Shown piece by piece: positions 1 through 8,524 of a stretch of DNA of 64,000 nt. Both the position numbers and the translations under genes were made by a program. Position 1 is the stretch's first letter, and each line of letters starts with the position of its first letter. Under the pieces are notes generated by a model. The model made no database searches, was not told where the DNA came from, and saw nothing but the letters and a program-made list of their open reading frames with translations. Source of the DNA: a virus (lineage: Duplodnaviria; Caudoviricetes); IMG/VR virus record IMGVR_UViG_3300043372_000294, positions 1-64,000 of that record; one strand, given 5' to 3'.

Positions 1-296
1 AAATACCACTGGTAACTGCGCTGAGAAATACTAGCATCCCAACCAATCCTTCGAAGAAACTCGTTAATCCTTTTCTTAGTCGTCGCACTAAACCAACCTC
101 CATTATTGATGAAATAACTTCCATCTTCCTTAATACCAGCAATAACAGTACGATGATACTGAATACCGTACACAACATTATCGAAAGCATCAACAGTTTT
201 TACATACCAAGTATTATGCGCAATCTTACGAAAATCATTACTCCTACCAGCTTCGATAAAAGACTTGATATCTTCAAGATAATCTTTAGAGTTCAT
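1..296 (-). CDS. phage hypothetical protein, 3' end runs off the window
   Basis: Hand translation from ATG at 296: MNSKDYLEDIKSFIEAGRSNDFRKIAHNTWYVK...NNGGWFSATTKKRINEFLRRIG..., open to position 1. Not in the ORF track. Confidence 0.75.
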   Translation of the reverse strand, partial: MNSKDYLEDIKSFIEAGRSNDFRKIAHNTWYVKTVDAFDNVVYGIQYHRTVIAGIKEDGSYFINNGGWFSATTKKRINEFLRRIGWDASISQRSYQWY

Positions 297-501
297 TGAC
301 AATCTCCATATGGTCTGCATTAACAAAAACTGAAATAGAGTACACTTTATCTCCAACATCACATGAAGATAAAGCTTCATCATGAGAAAGATAAACTTTG
401 CCAAACAGAGAATTAAGCTGAGACAAGCCATCTCGCTTATCAATTCCAGCTACAAAAAATATAAACTCTGCCTCATAACCTTCACAACTATCATCAATCA
501 T
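286..501 (-). CDS. small acidic hypothetical protein
   Basis: 3' part of ORF 286..636. The likely start is MIDDSCEG at 501, which overlaps the upstream stop. Confidence 0.6.
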   Translation of the reverse strand: MIDDSCEGYEAEFIFFVAGIDKRDGLSQLNSLFGKVYLSHDEALSSCDVGDKVYSISVFVNADHMEIVNEL

Positions 502-748
502 TACAACCTCCGCTAATGTAACCACTTCTAGCAATCTCAGCACACTTCTGACAAAGAGGAAACTTATCAGGATCTCTAGTTGGAACAAACACATGACCAC
601 AAACAGCAGTAATAGCAACACCATTAATGTAACCATTCATGGCATCTTCTTTAGAAATAAGATGAGAAACAACAGGCTCTTCGAAATCAAGCTCCTCATT
701 CACATCTTCAATAATATCCAAAATAGGATCTAGAACAATAGTAGACAT
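494..748 (-). CDS. DUF3039-family protein (actinobacterial, Cys-containing)
   Basis: SH..K......G....A.CG.VFVP.RDP..FPLC..C pattern. Confidence 0.75.
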   Translation of the reverse strand: MSTIVLDPILDIIEDVNEELDFEEPVVSHLISKEDAMNGYINGVAITAVCGHVFVPTRDPDKFPLCQKCAEIARSGYISGGCND

Positions 749-749
749 A

Positions 750-1508
750 TCAAACCTCCAACTTCAATTGTCCAGCTTCTTCCCAACGTCGATTCTTACG
801 TTTAGCAGCAATCGTAGGATTATTCCTTTCATAAGAAAACCAGAAAACACTAGCATCATCATCACCATGAATATCAGCATCTTCCTCATCCATACGCATA
901 TCGAAACCTAGATCATAAATAGCTTCTAGAATCTCTTGTTCGTTATACATAGGGACACCCTGATCGTCATAATTATCACAATCAAAATCATTCTCAGCAA
1001 GCCAAGACTGAATCTCACCACCAATGCCAACAAAATTCTCTACATACTGACACCAATGGAAAACATTGTTATCAAAACACCACTCAATATTATCAGCACC
1101 GGCTTTCCATTGACGCTCAGAATAATCTTCTTCATCAAGAATAGGATATTCATACGCAAGGAAAGTCGCAATATCAACAACAGCTTTGAACTCATCAGTA
1201 ATATCTTCTTCGGTAATCAAAGCATGAGGAACTTCAGACTTCAAAACCTTAACACAAAGCTGATCAGCATGACCAACAAGCCAATGCTCAAGACCAACTT
1301 CAGAAAAACATTCATCATAAGTATCTGGGAATAGCCGCTTCATCTCAGCAATAGTGCAATACCAGTTAGAAACGTCGCTAATAATATCTCGGGCATCTTT
1401 ATTAATACCAGCAAAACCCCAAGTAACAAACATTTCATCAAAACCAAACCACCCAAAATCATCAGGATGCTTTAGTGATTGCTTTGCAAGATCAACATAC
1501 TCAGACAT
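750..1508 (-). CDS. acidic phage hypothetical protein
   Basis: Long ORF with HWLVG and YPILDE motifs. An AGGAG RBS precedes the ATG run at 1506-1514. Confidence 0.7.
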   Translation of the reverse strand: MSEYVDLAKQSLKHPDDFGWFGFDEMFVTWGFAGINKDARDIISDVSNWYCTIAEMKRLFPDTYDECFSEVGLEHWLVGHADQLCVKVLKSEVPHALITEEDITDEFKAVVDIATFLAYEYPILDEEDYSERQWKAGADNIEWCFDNNVFHWCQYVENFVGIGGEIQSWLAENDFDCDNYDDQGVPMYNEQEILEAIYDLGFDMRMDEEDADIHGDDDASVFWFSYERNNPTIAAKRKNRRWEEAGQLKLEV

Positions 1509-1722
1509 CATCATTCTCCTTAATATCGGAACCATAACCAACAACTTGTTGGAAGATAATCTCATACAAATTCAGAAAATCAACTTCGTCATCACTAAGA
1601 TTGATATCATATGCCAACTGAATAACACTCAACAAAGCAAGAATATCTTTCAAGGGAGCATCAATAGTAATGCTCACATCAATATCAGAACTACCATCAA
1701 AAGAAATATACTCACTCATCAA
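1501..1722 (-). CDS. hypothetical protein
   Basis: Tiles with neighbouring genes; AGGAG RBS. Confidence 0.6.
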   Translation of the reverse strand: MMSEYISFDGSSDIDVSITIDAPLKDILALLSVIQLAYDINLSDDEVDFLNLYEIIFQQVVGYGSDIKENDDV

Positions 1723-2131
1723 TAGTCTCCTTATCCAAAGACTTCAAATAATTACGAAAACCACGCTTAGCATCTTCAGAAGAAGTATCAAACATACGCT
1801 TACGAAACTGAGCAACAGTAAAAGAAGAAGCATTAGTCCAAAGACCAATATGATCATAAACATCTTTTTCACTGATGTAAATACGCTCAGTAGTACCATC
1901 CTCATGCCAAATACTTTGCATTGACTTATTGATCTTCTCATAAAGAACAACACGAGAATAAAACTCATCTGCATTAGCTTCGGTGATACGATTAATACCA
2001 ATACCCATAGTCAACCAAATCAAACTATTGGTAACTGTATTAAGCTTATGAGTACCATCTTCATTCTCTAACCAACAAAGTTCTTCATAATTGTTGATCT
2101 TATCAAGCTGCCAATCAAGAGACATAATCAT
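1712..2131 (-). CDS. hypothetical protein
   Basis: AAGGA RBS; tiles with neighbouring genes. Confidence 0.7.
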   Translation of the reverse strand: MIMSLDWQLDKINNYEELCWLENEDGTHKLNTVTNSLIWLTMGIGINRITEANADEFYSRVVLYEKINKSMQSIWHEDGTTERIYISEKDVYDHIGLWTNASSFTVAQFRKRMFDTSSEDAKRGFRNYLKSLDKETIDE

Positions 2132-2140
2132 TTATCCTTT

Positions 2141-2407
2141 TTAGAGTGCTTCGTACATTAAAACTTCAACCCAACGATTACTGACATACTTCTCAATAGT
2201 GACGGCGTTATCATAAGGCATACCATCATCAATACCGACTCTAGAAAGCCAAATCTTATGACCATTGCCATGAGCAAAATCATGAACATAAAGATCACAA
2301 GTCCAACCTGAATCAATAATATTCATACTCTCAAAATCAGCAAGAGTAAGATTACACATCCAATCATCAAGAGTGATCGGAACAGTTACTTCAACTTCAA
2401 CAGTCAT
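2141..2407 (-). CDS. hypothetical protein
   Basis: Start/stop coupling with the KTSC gene; GGAGG RBS. Confidence 0.65.
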   Translation of the reverse strand: MTVEVEVTVPITLDDWMCNLTLADFESMNIIDSGWTCDLYVHDFAHGNGHKIWLSRVGIDDGMPYDNAVTIEKYVSNRWVEVLMYEAL

Positions 2408-2652
2408 TACTTAGCCTCCAATTTATCATAACGGAACTCACGACGAGAAACAAAAACATTAAAAGCTTTACCAATAGAAGGAGCGGTAACAACACTACCA
2501 AAAACATCAACTGGAACATCATAATACTGATATGTAGAACCAGTATTAAAAGTAACTACTAAAACTTTGTGATCATAGTTATACCCAACTGTATCAATAT
2601 TATCGGAATTGTAAAACTCACAAATCCTATCACAATCTATTGTCTTTATCAT
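2407..2652 (-). CDS. KTSC-domain protein
   Basis: S.NI..VGY......L.V.F..GSTY.YYDVP..VF.....APS.GK.FN motif. Confidence 0.85.
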   Translation of the reverse strand: MIKTIDCDRICEFYNSDNIDTVGYNYDHKVLVVTFNTGSTYQYYDVPVDVFGSVVTAPSIGKAFNVFVSRREFRYDKLEAK

Positions 2653-2864
2653 TACTTAACCTTTCCGGAACGATCAACAATGGGAAGCAAACGATACTCA
2701 ACACCAATATAATTGGAGAAACACTTCTTATTACAGAATGGACCTAAGCCATTGAAAAAACTAAGATAACGTCCTTTCGGAGAACCAAAGCATTCAAAAC
2801 AATAAGCACCTTCAACAACATCATACTCCTGCTTAATAGGAACTGATAGATCAATAGTATACAT
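2652..2864 (-). CDS. small Cys-rich (putative Zn-finger) protein
   Basis: CFEC...FCNKKC. Confidence 0.6.
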   Translation of the reverse strand: MYTIDLSVPIKQEYDVVEGAYCFECFGSPKGRYLSFFNGLGPFCNKKCFSNYIGVEYRLLPIVDRSGKVK

Positions 2865-2878
2865 TACAAACTTTCTGA

Positions 2879-3112
2879 TTAGATGAATCTACGACAATTG
2901 ATACGCTTACCATTATCAAGAATGGCAAACACATTATCATGCTGATAACCGTCACGGCTATAGTCAATATCAACAATAGTACCGACTACGAAATAATTAC
3001 CGTCACGCATAACGGCACCAATTAGGTGATCGAAACTACGACTCTCATGATTATATGGAAGCTCAATAAAATCACAACCTTGGACTTTATTATCTAAACC
3101 TACATTTTTCAT
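2879..3112 (-). CDS. hypothetical protein, first gene after promoter cassette A
   Basis: ORF track; AGGGG RBS-like sequence. Confidence 0.6.
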   Translation of the reverse strand: MKNVGLDNKVQGCDFIELPYNHESRSFDHLIGAVMRDGNYFVVGTIVDIDYSRDGYQHDNVFAILDNGKRINCRRFI

Positions 3113-3159
3113 AATAACTAACCCCTATCGGAAGGTAATGGGTTCCTGCTGATATGACT

Positions 3160-3188
3160 ATCTTAGGTGCGATAAGTGGTGCAGTCAA
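3160..3188 (-). promoter_or_regulatory. sigmaA-type promoter (cassette A)
   Basis: TTGACT (3188-3183), 17-bp spacer, TAAGAT (3165-3160). Confidence 0.75.
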
Positions 3189-3305
3189 ATTGAGAACCTA
3201 GTTTTACAAAACGAGTTATTTGAGTCACGGGAAAAATGAGCCGATAAAATGAGAGCCAGCCAAGCTAATTATGCAGCCAAGTATGTCCACGAAATTAGGT
3301 ACATA
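3184..3305. repeat. dispersed ~120-bp intergenic repeat, copy A
   Basis: Aligns with 8520-8639 at about 80% identity by hand count. Confidence 0.9.
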
Positions 3306-3316
3306 CTTGGCTGCAT
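3271..3316. repeat. perfect 16-bp inverted repeat (stem-loop)
   Basis: ATGCAGCCAAGTATGT-N14-ACATACTTGGCTGCAT. Confidence 0.9.
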
Positions 3317-3349
3317 CTTTAGTAAAAATTATTCCAACAATAAACGATA

Positions 3350-3586
3350 TTACTTACGAACCCCAAAAGGAATAGAGTTAATAATAACAAACAAAATAAA
3401 CCAACCAAATGTTACAAACTTATTTTCCCAAGCCAAATGCCAAGCATCAGAAAAATTGCCACCTATAATCCATGCATTAGCAGAGCCAATCATAAGACCA
3501 GCAATGCTAACGCAAATGAAGAAAGATACCAAAACAATAGCTACCATAAAGATAAACAAAAATATGGAACCAGAAAATGATTTCAT
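3350..3586 (-). CDS. small membrane protein
   Basis: Two long hydrophobic stretches. The likely start is MKSFSG after a GGAG RBS. Confidence 0.65.
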   Translation of the reverse strand: MKSFSGSIFLFIFMVAIVLVSFFICVSIAGLMIGSANAWIIGGNFSDAWHLAWENKFVTFGWFILFVIINSIPFGVRK

Positions 3587-3587
3587 T

Positions 3588-3815
3588 TTATTCTCCATCA
3601 TACCAAGCATAAAGTTTCTCATCAGAGATATCATACTTTTCATATGAATCATCTACAATGTCTATAATAGGAATCTGAAACTCCTGACCATGAAAATCTC
3701 CATGCTCAATAACAACAAGAACAGTGGAATCATTCTCTTCCACTACATATCCATTCTGAGGCAAAGGACTATTCTCAAAATAGAACTCCACAACAGAATT
3801 GAGATACTTATACAT
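3588..3815 (-). CDS. hypothetical protein
   Basis: GGAG RBS; own upstream promoter. Confidence 0.65.
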   Translation of the reverse strand: MYKYLNSVVEFYFENSPLPQNGYVVEENDSTVLVVIEHGDFHGQEFQIPIIDIVDDSYEKYDISDEKLYAWYDGE

Positions 3816-3856
3816 TTTTGACTATCTCCACTTCTCCCGATTAGGGGTAGACAGCC

Positions 3857-3865
3857 ATTATACCA
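3857..3865 (-). promoter_or_regulatory. extended -10 promoter
   Basis: TGGTATAAT in the intergenic gap. Confidence 0.7.
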
Positions 3866-3868
3866 TGA

Positions 3869-4276
3869 CTATTCGTCATCTTCATCTTCATCCTGACATT
3901 CGCCATCACAATCGACATGGCAACAATAAAAACACTCTTCATCTTCATCTTCTTCGTCATCACCAATGAAAACAATTCTCATTTCCGAAATACGTTTACC
4001 CCAAGATCCTTCATCAGAGTAAGTAACATACACATTGTAACTACCATCACCAAAACCAGTAGCACAAACAGCACCAATACCATCTTCAAGAATACCTGCA
4101 CTCTTATCAGAAAGAGTAGCTTGACAGGCACCACCATAATTAAACTTACCGGCATACTGATCAATATTCTGGAAGTCAGCATCAATCTTTTCCCAAGATG
4201 AATTAATGTAGCATGGATCACATAACATCATTTGGCCCGAATCAACACCGATACTGCCAATTAATACTTCAGACAT
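3869..4276 (-). CDS. DUF4241-like protein with acidic/Cys tail
   Basis: IGVDSGQ...CDPCY and TGFGDGSY.V motifs. Confidence 0.65.
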   Translation of the reverse strand: MSEVLIGSIGVDSGQMMLCDPCYINSSWEKIDADFQNIDQYAGKFNYGGACQATLSDKSAGILEDGIGAVCATGFGDGSYNVYVTYSDEGSWGKRISEMRIVFIGDDEEDEDEECFYCCHVDCDGECQDEDEDDE

Positions 4277-4467
4277 CAGCTCTCCTCGTATTCTGTCTCA
4301 TAAATATCCCAATCATTATCCCAATCATTATTCCAATCAGAATTCTTATACTTCTCAAGCACCTTTGCTTCAATAATGAAATCAACGTCAGGATGTTTCA
4401 ATTCTTCTTCAGTAACATCGACATAAAGATAAACCGGAACCTGAATGATATGACTCTTAGCTTTCAT
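4276..4467 (-). CDS. small acidic hypothetical protein
   Basis: Contains a short 12-bp repeat encoding DWNNDWDNDWD. Confidence 0.6.
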   Translation of the reverse strand: MKAKSHIIQVPVYLYVDVTEEELKHPDVDFIIEAKVLEKYKNSDWNNDWDNDWDIYETEYEES

Positions 4468-4478
4468 AACAACTCCAA

Positions 4479-4874
4479 TCAGAAAATCTGGTTATAGGAT
4501 TCTTCATGCAACACATACTTACGAGGATTCAATTTCCAGTAATCAAATCCACTCCAATAATACTCATCACTATCCTCATACTTAGTCCAATTTTCTGGAT
4601 CATCGTCAGGATTACTAATATCAATGCAGTCAGCATCTTCAGAATAGTAGATGTGACTCGGAAGATCTTGCAAAATATCTGCAATATCTTCACAAGCTTT
4701 CTCCCAACCATTCCATTCATAATAATCAAGAGGCTCACACTCAGTCCAATAATCAGAAGGCAAAGGACCATGCCAAAGCTCCCAATTTAAAGCACGATCA
4801 GCATCACTCAACTTATTCCAATCAATAGAAGGAAAAGCTTCTTTGATTAAAGTAAAAACTCTAGCATCATTCAT
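4479..4874 (-). CDS. acidic Trp-rich hypothetical protein
   Basis: ORF track; tiles with neighbouring genes. Confidence 0.65.
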   Translation of the reverse strand: MNDARVFTLIKEAFPSIDWNKLSDADRALNWELWHGPLPSDYWTECEPLDYYEWNGWEKACEDIADILQDLPSHIYYSEDADCIDISNPDDDPENWTKYEDSDEYYWSGFDYWKLNPRKYVLHEESYNQIF

Positions 4875-5089
4875 TAGATGTAATCCGCCAATCCAATACT
4901 CTGAAGAGTTTCAAATTGCATATCATTATGGTCATACAAAGCATAAGCACAAGCTGCTTCTACTTCCAACTCATCCATGCAATAATCATACCAAGGAGCA
5001 TCAGCAATAGAATGAGAAGTAAGACCAAGCTTACTCAAAAGCAAAGCATCAACTTTTTCCATGAACTTATCAAAATCAGGCATATTCAT
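4874..5089 (-). CDS. small acidic hypothetical protein
   Basis: GGAGG RBS; tiles with neighbouring genes. Confidence 0.65.
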   Translation of the reverse strand: MNMPDFDKFMEKVDALLLSKLGLTSHSIADAPWYDYCMDELEVEAACAYALYDHNDMQFETLQSIGLADYI

Positions 5090-5270
5090 CCTCCGAAGTT
5101 AAAATTTTCAATCCTTCTTCTAAGCAACGAGACTTAAACAACTTAATAGCTTCAGCTTTAGTGTAGTCATAAAATCTCATAGTATGAAGAAAAGTTTCGT
5201 AACCATCAAAGCACATAGCATCAAGAATCCATGCACCTTCATGATTTTTAGAAACAGTAATATCAGGCAT
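5076..5270 (-). CDS. hypothetical protein
   Basis: Tiles with neighbouring genes. Confidence 0.6.
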   Translation of the reverse strand: MPDITVSKNHEGAWILDAMCFDGYETFLHTMRFYDYTKAEAIKLFKSRCLEEGLKILTSEDEYA

Positions 5271-5452
5271 CAGATCTCACTCCAAACAAAATCATCAAGA
5301 TCTTTTAGTTTGCTAATAATAATAGCCCTAGTTTCGACAGGATTAATATCTACAATCCGAGCATACTCATCATACTTCTCAATGCCGAGAATAATAGAAA
5401 CAATCAAATCCTGCACCTCAGCATCATTCTTCACAAGCATATCTTCACTCAA
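5270..5452 (-). CDS. hypothetical protein
   Basis: Tiles with neighbouring genes. Confidence 0.55.
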   Translation of the reverse strand: MSEDMLVKNDAEVQDLIVSIILGIEKYDEYARIVDINPVETRAIIISKLKDLDDFVWSEI

Positions 5453-5627
5453 AAGGATTCATCCAATTCTCATATTGACGCTGAGTAATCTCTCCAGACT
5501 TACACAAACCGTCAGTCCAATCATTCCAAGCAGTTCTAATCGCAACCTTATCAGATTCACTGTAAGCAGCAATTACACCGGGTAATACAACATTCTCAAA
5601 CAGAGATACTGCTGTACTCTTTAACAA
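5445..5627 (-). CDS. hypothetical protein (AWNDWTD.LCK.G.IT..QY motif)
   Basis: TTG start at 5627 after AAGGAG, in the frame of ORF 5445..5669. Confidence 0.6.
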   Translation of the reverse strand: MLKSTAVSLFENVVLPGVIAAYSESDKVAIRTAWNDWTDGLCKSGEITQRQYENWMNPFE

Positions 5628-5751
5628 CTCTAATCTCCTTGTTATGTCGATCCCATTCCATATGAACAATAGACATCGCTTGCTTCAAAGCATCACGATA
5701 ACCTTGCTCATAACCAGTACGATAATCTTTCTCACGCAACTTCTTACCCAT
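5596..5751 (-). CDS. small hypothetical protein (GYEQGY)
   Basis: 3' part of ORF 5596..5832. The start at 5751 overlaps the previous stop. Confidence 0.5.
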   Translation of the reverse strand: MGKKLREKDYRTGYEQGYRDALKQAMSIVHMEWDRHNKEIRVVKEYSSISV

Positions 5752-6139
5752 AAACCAACTCACCAAAAATTGCAAACTGAATAACAAAATCAGCATCCCA
5801 AGCATCATAATCATCAAAGATATTATTGGCATTAGGCATATTCATAAAACACTTGATACCAAAGATAAGATTATCGAGAGTAAGGATATGACTTTTACCC
5901 TTATTGCCATCTTCATCAGACTCTTCAACAAGAACAATATCTCTACCCCGAGTCAGACAATCAGAAACATAAGTTGCCCCTTCGGGATAAATATTATCAA
6001 CAGGATGAGCGTCACAACACCAATAAGTAATGCCACCCTCAAAAGCTGTGACAAGAAGATCATCAACAAACTGGCGAGTCAAAGGATAGTTAACCTTAAT
6101 ACTACCAATCACTTCATGACTTGTATCAGTAATAGACAT
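5744..6139 (-). CDS. phage hypothetical protein (AFEGGI.YW...DAD...Q...FGE..YG)
   Basis: AGGAG RBS; motif-rich ORF. Confidence 0.7.
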   Translation of the reverse strand: MSITDTSHEVIGSIKVNYPLTRQFVDDLLVTAFEGGITYWCCDAHPVDNIYPEGATYVSDCLTRGRDIVLVEESDEDGNKGKSHILTLDNLIFGIKCFMNMPNANNIFDDYDAWDADFVIQFAIFGELVYG

Positions 6140-6141
6140 TT

Positions 6142-6417
6142 CTAACTCCTAATTCTTGATTCGGAAATAAGGACATAATAACCATTGTAAGGATGAAACA
6201 ATGTAACTTCATCAGGATAAGGCAAATCGACATTAGGAATCCAATTAACATCTTTATTCTTAAACGCAGGATTCATCTTACGCAACTCATCAATAGTAAA
6301 CCAGCCATTGAAAATAGAAGGCTTATACTTCTTCTTCTGCTCATTCTCATAAGGAAAAGGAGAATGTAAAAAGCTAACAGTAGTTTTGTACTCAAGCATC
6401 AAAAAACCTGCTCCCAA
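6142..6417 (-). CDS. hypothetical protein
   Basis: ORF track; the real start may be MLEYK near 6399. Confidence 0.55.
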   Translation of the reverse strand: MGAGFLMLEYKTTVSFLHSPFPYENEQKKKYKPSIFNGWFTIDELRKMNPAFKNKDVNWIPNVDLPYPDEVTLFHPYNGYYVLISESRIRS

Positions 6418-6617
6418 TCTTTGTAGTCAATACCAAACTCATAAATAGAATTCTCGCAACCACAACTGCAAGAAATACAAATTTCCCAAATCTCATCTTT
6501 TGGTTTCCAATCAGGTCCAAAAGGAGAAGCACCATTGCATCCCTCAATAAAGCATGGACGAATTAAAACAAGATTTTCATAACTGGGATAACTGAATGTT
6601 GGATCACTCATTCTCAA
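6399..6617 (-). CDS. small Cys-rich protein
   Basis: C...GC...CISCSCGC. Confidence 0.55.
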   Translation of the reverse strand: MRMSDPTFSYPSYENLVLIRPCFIEGCNGASPFGPDWKPKDEIWEICISCSCGCENSIYEFGIDYKDWEQVF

Positions 6618-6891
6618 TCATTTCCTTTCTAAGCTTTTCATCATGCTCAGCAATATTCTGATCAATCCTACGAAACTTCGAACCGGAAGGATTACCAAAA
6701 TACTCATTAACAGGGCCAACTTCTTCGCCAGCACCATACTCAAAAACACGAAGATACCAATTACTGATATCTACACCATAAGTATTTTCTATAATCCTAG
6801 CCGCTTTTCTAGCAGCTTCATCAACAGACAGAGCTTCCGAAATATAAATCGGCAACCTAGCTTCTACGACATAGTAATTTTCATTAGCCAT
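6604..6891 (-). CDS. hypothetical protein
   Basis: ORF track. Confidence 0.65.
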   Translation of the reverse strand: MANENYYVVEARLPIYISEALSVDEAARKAARIIENTYGVDISNWYLRVFEYGAGEEVGPVNEYFGNPSGSKFRRIDQNIAEHDEKLRKEMIENE

Positions 6892-6905
6892 GAAACAACT
6901 TTCTA

Positions 6906-7037
6906 CTAAAGACAGACGGCAATCAAAACAGGAACTGCAATAAAGAGCAGAATAATCGGAGCAAAAACCATGAATACTCCGACAATTACAATTGTAGCCA
7001 AGATGATTGCAATAGATGCCATGATAATTTCGTACAT
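6906..7037 (-). CDS. 43-aa very hydrophobic membrane peptide
   Basis: Hand translation: MYEIIMASIAIILATIVIVGVFMVFAPIILLFIAVPVLIAVCL*. GGAGG RBS. Below the ORF-track length cutoff. Confidence 0.7.
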   Translation of the reverse strand: MYEIIMASIAIILATIVIVGVFMVFAPIILLFIAVPVLIAVCL

Positions 7038-7070
7038 ATACTTCCTCCAGTCTACCTTATGGTAGTCTCA

Positions 7071-8447
7071 TCAAGCCTCCCAACCACTAAGTTTAATGAG
7101 AAGCTTACCGATATGATCATCAGCAGTGCTACGAAAAGCAGAATCATCATCACCAAGACCAGTTCTAAGATGATCATACTCATGAACAATAGTACCAACT
7201 AAAGTCTCTAATGTATTGAGAGCATTAATCGAAAGATACACACTATTCTTATTCATGTTGGCCACACCAAGAATAGAATCTTGCTCACCTTGAGGAATAA
7301 AAAATCTGAACTCCTTAACGTAACTATCAAGATCTTTGATGTAACTCCTAACAATATTAGCAGCAGTATCAAACTTATTCTGCTGACGTTCAGCGAGAGA
7401 AACAAACTCATATTGAACCTCATCACCAAGAATTGAATCAGCACAAGGAACACCACAACGCTGAAGAATAGCGTAAAGAAAAGGACTTTTGATTTCAACA
7501 GTCTGAACATTACGCAAAGCGAATTGCGCTCTAAAACGCATAAGTTCAGGTGTTACGGCAATAGCTTCGCCGTGAATATTACTCCAAGCAACACCGAAAG
7601 CACTAGACGCATTATATCCATCAAACCAAGTCTGAACATTATGAACAGGAATATCCCACTCCCAACGATCCTCATTAGCGTTATGAATAAGGTTTTCAGC
7701 AACACTAACATGATCAGGATAAGTACTACTAAGATAACTGAAGACTCTAGTAATCCTAGTATTCAGTTCATAAGTATTACGAACACGACGTTCCTCATTC
7801 AAAGTGATAGCAGGAATCTCATAGTTAAACATTGGCAACTTAGTTGAATCATTATGAACAAGAACACCCTTGTAATAAAAGTTACACTCATGATCATAAG
7901 GTGCATAAATCTTATCTTTATCATTAACAACAGCAATAGGCTCACGATTGATAGAGAAATACTTATCAAAACTATTGAGAATATTGATAAGAGCAGGATC
8001 AGCAGTCAAATAAACTGCAAAAACACCTGCCTCATACTTAACCTCATCAACAATATCGATCGAATAACTATTGCTAAACTCTGTGAACTCATCAAGAGCA
8101 TTCGAAAAAGCCTCACGAAAAATCTGAAACTCATTATCCCAAGAAAGCACACCCGCTTCAGCAACAAAAGAAGAAGGCTTCAAATACTCATCATCATAAA
8201 GATAATAAACACAATTGATACCGCCTTCTTCCTTGATAACATATTCCATCTTATATGGGCCAAGATCATCTTCACCAACATTAATCCATTCCCAATCATT
8301 ACGCAATGCAGCAATTGGAGCAAACTTTGAACCCGAACCAAATTGGCCAATTGTAATCTCATTATCACGTTTAGTTGAAAGACCCAACTTCTCAAGATAA
8401 AGACGATTTACACCATCAGCTTTATTCGCAATCCTAATATATGACAT
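7071..8447 (-). CDS. GHKL-type ATPase (permuted motif order) fused to a C-terminal HExxH zincin-like motif
   Basis: LGLSTK...IGQFGSGSK (ATP lid/G2 box), REAFSNALDE (N box), TIVHEYDH. Confidence 0.7.
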   Translation of the reverse strand: MSYIRIANKADGVNRLYLEKLGLSTKRDNEITIGQFGSGSKFAPIAALRNDWEWINVGEDDLGPYKMEYVIKEEGGINCVYYLYDDEYLKPSSFVAEAGVLSWDNEFQIFREAFSNALDEFTEFSNSYSIDIVDEVKYEAGVFAVYLTADPALINILNSFDKYFSINREPIAVVNDKDKIYAPYDHECNFYYKGVLVHNDSTKLPMFNYEIPAITLNEERRVRNTYELNTRITRVFSYLSSTYPDHVSVAENLIHNANEDRWEWDIPVHNVQTWFDGYNASSAFGVAWSNIHGEAIAVTPELMRFRAQFALRNVQTVEIKSPFLYAILQRCGVPCADSILGDEVQYEFVSLAERQQNKFDTAANIVRSYIKDLDSYVKEFRFFIPQGEQDSILGVANMNKNSVYLSINALNTLETLVGTIVHEYDHLRTGLGDDDSAFRSTADDHIGKLLIKLSGWEA

Positions 8448-8495
8448 CTAATGACCCTTTCTAGGGGCGATAATTGGGGACTTCGGAGTAAGACC

Positions 8496-8524
8496 AAATT
8501 ATCAGAGATTAGTGTCACCGTCAA
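8496..8524 (-). promoter_or_regulatory. sigmaA-type promoter (cassette B)
   Basis: TTGACG, 17-bp spacer, TG-A-TAATTT. Confidence 0.7.
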
